This document shows, one piece after another, positions 21,865-31,637 of a stretch of DNA of 64,000 nt (the first letter of the stretch is position 1; each line of letters begins with the position of its first letter). Source of the DNA: Nemertoderma westbladi (lineage: Eukaryota > Animalia > Xenacoelomorpha); contig JAUCBJ010009060.1 of the NCBI GenBank assembly GCA_032718475.1, forward strand, positions 1 to 64,000, written 5' to 3'. The notes beneath the pieces were generated by a model. The model did not search any database. It saw only the letters and a list, made by a program, of their open reading frames with translations, and was not told the DNA's origin. The translations under genes were made by a program, and so were the position numbers.

Positions 21865-22687
21865 CTCTCTGTTCTGCTTCTGCCAATGCTATTGCTGCTG
21901 CTGCTTTTGCTGCTTCCACTGCCGCTGCCGCTGCCGCTTTTGCCGCTTCCACTGCTGCTGCCGCTTTTGCCGCTGCTACTGCCTTTCTGTCCTCTATACG
22001 TTTTTTCTTTACTTGTTCTTCTTGGACTCTAGCGAGGCGGAGTTTTTCATCAAATTTAGCTTGGTTTGCAGCTAACATTTCCGCATCGATTGCGTCCAAC
22101 ACAAGCTTGGTTCCTTCACTATTAGGGCGAAGTCCAGACAGTCGTCTCCTCAACTCTTCGTCTCCTAGGAATCGCTGATAGTCTGACAGATAGATGTCAA
22201 TGGCGTCTCTAGTTCGCGGCTTCTCTGCTGCTGTTAATTCGCTTTCCACTTCGCTTTCCACTTCGCTTTCCACTTGAGAGGAAGTGGCGTCGGTTGATTC
22301 TTCATAGGTTGGCCGCTCATCATAAACCGTATCCGCCATCTTCGCTCCGCGTTCGGGCGTCCGCTCAACAGTATCCGAACTACTGGAGCTATCGGGCCGC
22401 TGAGAACTAGGTTCTTGGCTAGGAGGTTGCTGCTGTTTTATAGCTGCTTCTTGATCCCGCTTGACTTGGGCCCGAGTGCCTATGGCAGACCAACGGCGCT
22501 TCACTAACTTCGCAAATTGCGAAATCGCTTCTACCAACCTAGGTTCTGACACAACCACTGCAGGGGTTGCCCTTCTTACAGTATGAGGGGTTTCAGACCT
22601 CGGTCTGGGATTCTCTACACTTTGATCTGAGAAACAGGCTGTTGTTTCTAGGAGACTATCTGACAGAGTTTGCCTTGTGTCAGCCAT
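21857..22687 (-). CDS. N-terminal part of the element 1 polyprotein (276 aa, internally deleted, Ala-rich coiled coil)
   Basis: Homologous to the N-terminus of 43484-51604 (MADTRQTLSDSLL vs MSDTKQNLSDSLL; RDAIDIYLSDYQRFLGD). Its stop overlaps the ATG of the next ORF. Confidence 0.75.
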   Translation of the reverse strand: MADTRQTLSDSLLETTACFSDQSVENPRPRSETPHTVRRATPAVVVSEPRLVEAISQFAKLVKRRWSAIGTRAQVKRDQEAAIKQQQPPSQEPSSQRPDSSSSSDTVERTPERGAKMADTVYDERPTYEESTDATSSQVESEVESEVESELTAAEKPRTRDAIDIYLSDYQRFLGDEELRRRLSGLRPNSEGTKLVLDAIDAEMLAANQAKFDEKLRLARVQEEQVKKKRIEDRKAVAAAKAAAAVEAAKAAAAAAVEAAKAAAAIALAEAEQRDD

Positions 22688-24039
22688 GTTTGATTGTACA
22701 GTTGAATGCCTACTGCTATATTACAGTTAAAGCAAGTCTAGTAATTCAGTATCACTGTTAGCCTAACAATTAATTACCGATACTGCTACTCAGTGTAGCG
22801 TGATATATATAATATATTAGAATACCGGTATGCTTATAGTAGATATATAAGTATTATTACAGACTAGATTTGTCACAGAATACAGGTATATAATTTTAGC
22901 ACAAATATATATAAATATATAATAGGCCTATCGTGAATACCGGTATACAGCTGACACTTATAGTATATATAAGTATAATTATTACAGACTAGAATTAATT
23001 ACAGAATACCGTTATGATTTCAGCCTAAATTTATAGAAATAAATATAATAAGCCTATTGTAAATACCGGTATGTCAATTATTTTAAAAATAATTGAATTT
23101 CTGAATGTTAGGGGTTACTTGGTTACTTTACTTACTTTATTACCGTTATTTGAGCAGCAGTCCAACTGATATTAAGACCTAAGTGTTGTATAACAGGCCT
23201 ACTATTTTATTAATAGATTTAGTGGATTTATATGTACCCGTATGAGGGGTTTTGTTACAATATTGAAATAGATGTTATTATTTCTGGGAAGTAATCACTA
23301 CACAAAAGCTGTGCGCTCTCAGTGAAGTGCTACTTATTGGACACTAAAACAAATAATTCTACTTCCTAAGTTACTTATCTACGAATTACTTACGATACGG
23401 GTGAGATTAAATCTCTAATTAAACACAACAAAAATATTACGTACGAAATTTTAGGGTAATTTTACAGGGAACTACAAACCAGTCTAACAGAGTGTTAGAT
23501 TTTCTGGTTATTACAACGGACAGGATACTACGGTATTTGAAAATAATAAGTAGTAGTAAATACACTGTGTTGTCCAGATAGGAAAATACCACCGTCTGAT
23601 GACCTATAGCCGTATCGCTATAGGTACTACGTTATGTATCACGGAGTGTCCCTACCTAGAAGTTAATTACCGCGGTCTACCAGAACCAACGTGCCTATTA
23701 ACCACTTTACAACACAAATATACTGCCCACACACTAATTACCTTCGGAAAGCACTGTACACTAAACCCTAAATTAGGTACAAGTACTGGTACAACAAATA
23801 ATCAGTAGTTAAAAATACTTGAACAGCTAAAAGAACCACGGCATCTGCTGGAGTGACCGGTGCACAAAATCACCAGTCTTTACCTACGCCAAGCAGCCCG
23901 TGTAGTACCGGGGTTAATTTAACTATAACGGTATGTGTAATAAGCACAATTACTGTAGGAATAAACTTAGGGATATGAATGTTGCGAATAATCGCATAAA
24001 CTCTGAATAATAAATATTACGCTACCCGTACAGAATACT

Positions 24040-24590
24040 CAAACAAAATACAAACCAAACGCTGGCAGACTACCATCAAGCCTAAATAAACTACAGTATG
24101 TGCAGATTCCAAAATGGTTAGTTAGTATGCGTTCTAACACGGTAGTACGACTTATTCTTTAGGAGGGGGTTGACCTTACAACTCAAGATGCCCCAACTTA
24201 CTAACTGGCACTTTATCGGACAGACTCTACACACGCAGCAATCTCTTCAGACCTAATAACAGCTAGACAACAATCCAGCCTACAAAATATCTGAGTAATA
24301 ACTATTACGGTACCTGAACAGACCACACAAACAAACACAGGCTAAAACGCTGGCAGACTACTATCAAGCCTAAATAAACTACAGGACATGCAGACTCCGA
24401 AATGGTTAGGTAGTATGCATTCTAACCTAGTAGTACGACTTATTCTTTAGGTGGGGATTTACCTTACAGCTCTGGCTGCCCCTACTTCCTAACCGTTCTT
24501 TATCGGACATACACTCTACATGCACTGCAATCAGTTCAGACCCAACAACAGTCAGAACAACAGTTCAGCCTACAAATTATCTGTACAATC
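24040..24590. repeat. ~290-bp tandem repeat x2 in the 5' leader of element 1
   Basis: CTGGCAGACTAC..TCAAGCCTAAATAAACTACAG..GTAGTACGACTTATTCTTTAG at ~24062 and ~24350; same arrangement at ~61990 and ~62283. Confidence 0.85.
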
Positions 24591-24855
24591 TGAGCAGGGT
24601 TACAAGCCTTCTGCTCAATATTAGCCTACTAGTAAATAAAACTGACAGAAATAAGTAAAAATCCCAATAAAAAACCAGGGCTGCAGTCCCCGATTTAATA
24701 TCAAGACCTACCGGTATATAATTATCAAAATCGAATAATACTGCTGTACCTGTACTGTTGTAAGTACCAGTCCGGATGATCAGGCAGTCAGGCCTACTGG
24801 TTACCGGTCGACCGGTACTTTAGTCTTGATCGCTTACGCCGCAATCAAGATCCTG

Positions 24856-24866
24856 CAAACTGTTAT
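24856..24866 (-). promoter_or_regulatory. Non-tRNA primer-binding site of element 1 (ATAACAGTTTG)
   Basis: Directly follows the 5' LTR end (…GCGAACA) on the minus strand; no TGG. Complementary to the LTR-internal site at 15677-15687 / 25623-25633. Confidence 0.7.
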
Positions 24867-26105
24867 TGTTCGCGCTTTTAAGACCTTTGGCAGTTTAACC
24901 CGCCAAATCTATATGTCTTCTAGGTTATAAATCTACTCTAGCCTATGACAAGTATTGAACACCTATAATAATTCTAACATTAGCCAAAGCCAGTCTGTGC
25001 ACGACCATTCACCCGCTGGATATACCCGGGAGACTGGCTTTGGATGCTTTAATTTGATTGCGGTGCAGGCCTACCGTACTATTCGATTGATCGTTAATAT
25101 ATAATCTCTGACGAATATTATTCACTTTCGGGAAATATTAGCAGTTCCTTTAGGACGTGGCGCTCTATCTATTTAAACAGAGCTATGACTTATACTATAC
25201 ACAACAGTATGTCTTATAGATCACCAAAGTGCATTCTTTAGGAAATGCTTTGTTACTCAGTCAAGCACACACAGACTATTGCACACAACTACACACTGAA
25301 TTGCCGACATTCACTGATTTTAATCATATATAAAGAGAATAACAACCGACATTTGTAGGGCCTATTAAGTAGCATTGAACTCACTACAAACCACGATAAT
25401 GTATGTCGCAAATTGTTATATGTAACCGGTCTCTCTAACCTTAGTGTATCAAGAAGATGGGTTTTCGGATCGTTATCAATATTCTTCCCAATAATAATAT
25501 GTAAACGAACGATACAATTAACAACACAGTAAATAGCAGTAAATAATGCGGCGAAAGGCAGTTTACGTCAGGGTGCTTAATCAGATGCCGAGTTAACCGA
25601 GACCGAGACCGAGTTGACCAAGATAACAGATTGATGATCTTATAATTAAAGATGCTCTAATGTCAGAAAACATTCCCCGGCCGGTGTTCTAGGCGTGGGG
25701 GAAACATCGGTACTGAATCCTGTAATTCTGCTGTACAGCTTTTACACAAAGAGGGAATCTCTGATTGGTCGAATGGCAAAAAGCTCCACGTGGACACAGC
25801 TGATAGATGTCGTCATTTTGAGATGAGCAGAACAAAGAACCAAGGCAAGGCTCCGGGCAAGCTACACGTGTAAAGCTCAGCCAGCCGTTAGCTGTCGTCA
25901 TAGTAACGACACTGTTTCAAGAGGATCTAGGGCGTTGCGTAACAGAATTGCTAATTATGTCCTCTAAAGTACACATACAGAAGAAATAGCTTTTATGTCC
26001 CCTAAAAACACCGGTACAGCAATGACACGGCCTTTTATGCCTGCTAAACCAACTACAGAGCACTTACGGGGAAAATAACCGGGCAATTCCGCAAAAGCTT
26101 TTACA
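24867..26105 (-). repeat. 5' LTR of BEL element 1
   Basis: Direct repeat of 14925-16155, followed by TSD ATATT. Confidence 0.95.
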
Positions 26106-28228
26106 ATATTACCCAAAAAAACTTACCCTAAAAGACAAAAATAATTTATATCCTATAGGGTTGGAAAAATATGACTGTAACCTGTGTTCTTTGGTTAGGC
26201 CTATCGTTTATTGTTTTGGTTATATAAGCCTGCTACTGTAACCTGCTCCTTTCCATTAATTAAGAAATCTGATTTTGTATGCTGTCTGGCAGTCTGGGTG
26301 GGTAGGCAGTCTGGGTTCTTAGGCTTACCAGTAAACCGGTGGCAGTAGGTCATTAAAGGAATCTTCAAATTAACAAAATGTACCGTCTGACCGTAATATT
26401 ATGAAAAAAAAGTAAAAATTGAAAACTGAAAAGTGAAACTCTTCTTACAATTAACCTAAATCTTATTGTAGATACATTGTTTATAAAAAACATTTTTTTT
26501 TGTCTTTTTGCGTAGTTTTTTTTGGGTAATATTGTGTTTTTTTGTGTATTTTTTTGTGTATTTTTGTGTTTTTTTTTGGGTAATAGTGTTTTTTTTGGGT
26601 AATTCGTAGGACACCACTTAAATAATAAATTAAAAAAATATTAAAATCTTCATATATAAAATTCCAATAAAAGTCGACCGAAAAGTGAAATCCTGGTAGG
26701 GGAAAGTGGGGGAATTAGAAACACTTTTTGGATTTTAAAAAATTAAAAGTGCCCTCATTTCTACACAAACATTCATAGAGGAAATATAACTATAGATTTC
26801 GAATCATGCATCTCTCTGCTAACAATAGAACATCCTATCTCGTCTGCCTATCACTATCTGGTAGTGACAGGCAGACGAGATTTTTTAAAGTCGAGATTGT
26901 TTCTATTTACCCCACAATGGGGTAAATGGAAACAGGGTTTGCCTCCCAATAGTTAAATCAACCAGAAATTCACATGGGGTAATTGGAATATTTCTAATTA
27001 CCACATGGGAATGTAGATTAAATTGCGCACAATTTGATATATAACATGTCTATGTTGCCACATATGTTTAATATTTAAAGTGTTTCACAAACCTTCAACA
27101 ATTAACAGAGATATGCATGTTTGTGAATAAATGACATCCAGCAACAATATGGATATATGAAAACTAATTATTGCTCTTACTATAACTAAATTAAACTTAA
27201 TTTATTTAAATTAAAATGAATTAGCTTAACTTAAATTAAAATTAGAATTTCTTGTTGGTTCAGCACAGCCCCATTCCCGCTTTTCCTATTACCACCAGAT
27301 ATTGGGCCAATGTTTCCTCATTGGCTTTTCCGAGAAAACATCTACGCACCTGACCTACATAATTAGCGATCACTATATTTAAGTTTCTTGTTCCCTTAGG
27401 GTACCCCCAGGAATTCCAAACGTATATGCAGCCTTCCGAATAGTGGCATGACCACTGGAAATGGTGCTTTAAGTAGGGGTAGGAGGTACAGGGTCATATT
27501 CTTGGAATCAAGGGGGTCGCCCCACATTCTATCCATTATGATCCCAGAACTACAAAAAAAACAAAAATTTGAAAAAAAATTTCATTTTCATCAGTAGACA
27601 TCATTTTTAGTCTGTCGCGTTGACAAAAACTCATTTTCACCTTAGTCATAGTGATCGGAATCATTAATATGTTGTAAAAAGAGTTTGAGAGGTCGTATGA
27701 AGTTGAAAATAGTCTCATTGGAATCGCAATCGTCGGTTTACTGTTAGTGAATTAAAAAATATTTATTTTTCAACAGCGAATAATTTTTTTCAGTATGAGA
27801 TATTGTCTAAAATCAACTTTTCACCCTACTGTAGGCGTAGCGATCAGAAGTCTTAATATGCAGATATGTTGTAACAAGAGTTTGGAAGGTCGTATTAAAT
27901 TGAAAATAGTCTCATTGGAAAATTGTTGTTGGGTCATCTTAACTTGAAATAAAGTCTCATTGGAACCACAATGACGATTAATTTACTAATAATGAGTTAA
28001 GAAAAAATTAACGGAACTCAAAGTCTGTTGTGTTGATGAAAGTTGACTTTTCACCTTAGCCAGTGATCAGAGTTATCATATATTGTATAAAGTGTGGAAA
28101 CTCATCTGAACTTTCAAATAAGTCATAGGAGCCGCAAAGTGAACGAATTTTCCTGTAGCTTTAGTTCAGCTGAGTTTATCAGCTTTAAGCTCTGCCACGT
28201 CGCCAACGTTCTACAGGAAGGCAGAGAG

Positions 28229-28474
28229 TTTGGCTTTTGGGTTGAACTTTGCCGGATGCCAGATAAACCGGGAAGATTTTGGCTTTTTGATTGACCTTTG
28301 CCGGATGCCAGATAAACCGGGAAGATGTTGGCTTTTTTACTGACCTTTGCCGGATGCCAGATAAACCGGGAAGATTTTGGCTTTTTGATTGACCTTTGCC
28401 GGATGCCAGATAAACCGGGAAGATTTTGACTTTTTGATTGACCTTTGCCGGATGCCAGATAAACCGGGAAGATA
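28229..28474. repeat. 49-bp tandem repeat, 5 copies
   Basis: GCCGGATGCC recurs at 28251, 28300, 28349, 28398 and 28447; no unique spacers. Confidence 0.95.
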
Positions 28475-28490
28475 TTGAGAATGATTAGGC

Positions 28491-31400
28491 CTACTTTTTA
28501 GATGGAAAAAGGAAGTCAAATGTGGCCCTGAACTCAGAGTGGTTATGTAGAATAAACTGCATATTTCGTGAAGATGAAGTTAAGTCCCAGTCTCCATCAA
28601 CCAAACAGTTCATAATACCTTCCTTTGTGACCTCCTGAACATCATCGAAAGCAGGATATTTCCAACGTTTATCAGATACAGGATCTACCCGTTCCAAATG
28701 GTTCACAACATAAGTTGACTCCTTTCTTTCAAGAAGGTATCCTAATTCCCATGTGGATTTGCCTTCAAAAATCCACAATGTGGCACACATTCCATTGATG
28801 TCCACAGCCAATGAAGGAGCTGGTTTATCTATTGCTTTATCTTTGTCACTCTGTATGGCTAATATCATAGACAAGTCATCATTTGTAGGTAAGTCTACAA
28901 CAGATCCTGTTGGTGGAGTTTGATTGCCAAGAAGCACCAGAAAATTTTCAAGCCGTTCATCAGGTGTTATCCCATTTAGACGATATAGCTCTGGTCGAAT
29001 AGTAACATCTAACTTGTGTGTATGTTTAAAGTAAGATAATTCAGTTTTAACAATCCGATCTGACTGTAATTGACCTTTATCTTTAATTATTTCTTCGAGT
29101 TCATTTATACAGGTAGCTGGTCCATTCCAAGATTTACAGTCCCTAAGAAGTTTTAATGTGTAATCTTTGACATTTTTGCTTTTCTCAATTTTTTCTTCTA
29201 ATCTTTTCAGCTGTAGTTGTTTTTGTTTAGCAGACCAATTAAATTCTCTCTCACGAAGGATGGCATTGATCTTCTTTGTGGTTTCATCAACACACTTTGG
29301 TGATGCTTGATACAATACCATATCGTTTCTGATGCCTCTTGCAGTAAATTTCTTATTTCGGAATTTCGCAACAGTTGCTATGTTACTGAATTTGCCCAAG
29401 TCCCGCTCTGCTTGTAAGTTGTTAGTTGGCAAATTTGCTAGCTCGCAATCTGTCAGTTTGTGCAACTCTGTAGTACGTGCGGGAGTATCAACTGCTGAGA
29501 AGCCATATTCTCTGCCACATTGCAGTTGTAAAACAGCAGCTGCATCTGTGCACATTAGCTCTATTAGCTTGACTTCCAGTGGACTATTGGGTTCTCTAAT
29601 TGGTACATGTTTATAACTAATTATAAATTCTCCAAGGGTTTCAGTGCATCCTATCAATAGATCACTATGTAATTTTGGTAAGATCTTTAGGAGAGTTGAC
29701 TGGTTTGATAGCTCGATACAGTTTAGGTATGGAAGAGTTACCTTATGGGTAAAGTATGATAGTGCCCAGAGTTCAGTGATAAAAAACTCGCACTCCAAAA
29801 AGAGATTACATGTTTCAGTTAGTTGATTCGATTTGTGACTCTGAGCTAAAAGAGTTCTCAGAAGTGGTAATGCTTCTAGAATGGAAGCTGACATGTAACC
29901 TAATTTAGTAAATCTTCTCTCATGGTAGAGTGTCATGTGCTTCACTTTTCCCTCTTTCTCTAGGAGAATGTCAAACTCTTCAGCCAGTGAAGCTGCATTG
30001 GCAGACTTATCATAGGCGACCAACTTAAGCAAGGCATTTAAACCTGCTAGAACTACTGCCTTTTTCCCTCGAAAGAATGTATGAAGTGAATAATTGGCAG
30101 CTTCCAGCTTTCCTCTAAGGTCTAATTGTCGCTCTAAGTCACACAAAACTGTCAGATTTGACCTATCAAATGCTTCAACTGTATGACTCTTACACAGTAA
30201 ATGATACGGAATATAATCACTTCCAAGTTTGTCAGAAACTCCCTTCTCTATATTTAGATTTTTTGATACAGCATCCGTCATTACTGCAGTTGTGTTTTTC
30301 CATAGGGACATTGGACCAATAGCAGATGATAATGCCAGTGATGCAGCACAAGCTAAACGTTCATATGTTTCTGTAATTAATAGTATTATATTATCTCTAT
30401 CCTCATACGCAAAAAACAGAGGACGCAAACGAAATTTAGTGTTGTTTGAGAATATCAATATGAGGCAAGGCCACTCCCCATCAATGTTATTTCTTGATGT
30501 TGTATCATAGTGGAGGGTGCACTTTATTTCACTGTTTTTTGTTGCTAAAGCAGTCCCTGCATCTTTTTCTACACCAGATGCTTGTAGTTGTTTGTGTTCA
30601 ATTATTGTTTTTGAACTAGGTAGAACATATCTATATTTTCCGTAGTCTGTTGCCGAAACTGGAGTATTTGTTTTGGGTGATACAGTTTCTCGACAAACTC
30701 GTTTAGGGTTGGGCTCAATTGGTTCAGCTTCCAGGGTACAATTACTGTCTCCATTCTGTTCTTCGGGAGATAAAAAGTATTTATGCTTGTACAGATCTCT
30801 AGCCACTACCTGGACAGCTATTCGTGACTTTTCTGCTGACAGTGCACATGAAGTTGATACATTTGCACATGTTGTTTTTATGTCACTTGTTAAGTTTCTC
30901 CTCTGGCGGATTTCAATTCGGTCAATGAAATTGCAAATTGTCTGACTACTTTTTTCTATGTAAGACTTGGTGTTTCGGGCTAAACCTGAGCGATTGCTGC
31001 TTATGTTAAGGTTTATAGGCGAGCTTATTTCCCCATTAAAGCAGTCGTCATCAAAATTACTGTCAACAACCTCACTACCATCATCACCAAAGATGTGTTC
31101 TTCCTCTATTCTGGTGAGTTCCTGTTGGTCTTGACTTTTTTGTTGCTCGGCAGTTATTTTCAATTCGTATTCAGTATCTATTTGATCGCTAAGATAACCA
31201 GTCCGCTGCTTGCTTAATTGCCCAAAATAAAATGCACGTTCATCTGTATCAAAATTATCTGGAACCGCTTTAGTGTTCAATATGGACAAAACTGAATAAT
31301 TATTATCCCTCCAGTTACGCATTCTCTCTCTCTTACTTTTACAAGACCTCCCTTTCATGGTTACTTTATTGAAATAATCCAAAATGTGAGCCCGAAGTTT

Positions 31401-31637
31401 TCGCTTTATGGTGCTTCTAGATGCAATATTATCAGCTCCAAAGGCTTTGCACCACATATTGTTAAGGGAATTTGAATATGCAGTAATTGCCTTCGTTCTA
31501 AGGGCAGACTCTTTATCTGCCTTAGGTGAGCCGCCTGGGGCATAATTGGTAATTGCAATAACAGCCTCATAAATGAAGGGTAATTTGTCACCCAAAACAA
31601 ATACTATGTCACACTGAGCAAGTGATTGAGATGTCAT
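28491..31637 (-). CDS. DDE transposase, intact (~1048 aa from the first ATG)
   Basis: Candidate catalytic motifs LHYDTTS (D), VMTDAVS (D), CKSH (CxxH), RRF and PTNNLQAERDLG (E); lies between TIRs. The ORF track starts at an upstream TTG (31646). Confidence 0.8.
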   Translation of the reverse strand: MTSQSLAQCDIVFVLGDKLPFIYEAVIAITNYAPGGSPKADKESALRTKAITAYSNSLNNMWCKAFGADNIASRSTIKRKLRAHILDYFNKVTMKGRSCKSKRERMRNWRDNNYSVLSILNTKAVPDNFDTDERAFYFGQLSKQRTGYLSDQIDTEYELKITAEQQKSQDQQELTRIEEEHIFGDDGSEVVDSNFDDDCFNGEISSPINLNISSNRSGLARNTKSYIEKSSQTICNFIDRIEIRQRRNLTSDIKTTCANVSTSCALSAEKSRIAVQVVARDLYKHKYFLSPEEQNGDSNCTLEAEPIEPNPKRVCRETVSPKTNTPVSATDYGKYRYVLPSSKTIIEHKQLQASGVEKDAGTALATKNSEIKCTLHYDTTSRNNIDGEWPCLILIFSNNTKFRLRPLFFAYEDRDNIILLITETYERLACAASLALSSAIGPMSLWKNTTAVMTDAVSKNLNIEKGVSDKLGSDYIPYHLLCKSHTVEAFDRSNLTVLCDLERQLDLRGKLEAANYSLHTFFRGKKAVVLAGLNALLKLVAYDKSANAASLAEEFDILLEKEGKVKHMTLYHERRFTKLGYMSASILEALPLLRTLLAQSHKSNQLTETCNLFLECEFFITELWALSYFTHKVTLPYLNCIELSNQSTLLKILPKLHSDLLIGCTETLGEFIISYKHVPIREPNSPLEVKLIELMCTDAAAVLQLQCGREYGFSAVDTPARTTELHKLTDCELANLPTNNLQAERDLGKFSNIATVAKFRNKKFTARGIRNDMVLYQASPKCVDETTKKINAILREREFNWSAKQKQLQLKRLEEKIEKSKNVKDYTLKLLRDCKSWNGPATCINELEEIIKDKGQLQSDRIVKTELSYFKHTHKLDVTIRPELYRLNGITPDERLENFLVLLGNQTPPTGSVVDLPTNDDLSMILAIQSDKDKAIDKPAPSLAVDINGMCATLWIFEGKSTWELGYLLERKESTYVVNHLERVDPVSDKRWKYPAFDDVQEVTKEGIMNCLVDGDWDLTSSSRNMQFILHNHSEFRATFDFLFPSKK

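Larger units (their letters stand above)
14925..26105 (-). mobile_element. BEL/Pao LTR retrotransposon 1, non-autonomous (RT, RNase H and integrase deleted)
   Basis: Two ~1.23-kb LTRs (TG...CA) with a 5-bp TSD ATATT at 14920-14924 and 26106-26110. Gag has three Cys/His knuckles; protease LLDSGS. Confidence 0.95.
14832..26614. mobile_element. Foldback/MULE-like MITE Y, interrupted by BEL element 1
   Basis: TIRs GGTCCTACGAATTACC / GGTAATTCGTAGGAC with inverted AAAAACACAAAATTACCC subterminal arrays; flanks CATTTAAT / CACTTAAAT resemble a degenerate TSD. Confidence 0.7.

Noticed and set aside
24840-24866. Canonical tRNA primer-binding site
   Set aside because: No TGG within the first bases after either 5' LTR. 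Priming by an internal tRNA fragment cannot be excluded without a search.
28229-28474. 49-bp periodic array as a CRISPR
   Set aside because: Units are contiguous near-identical repeats with no unique spacers, no cas genes, and the context is eukaryotic.
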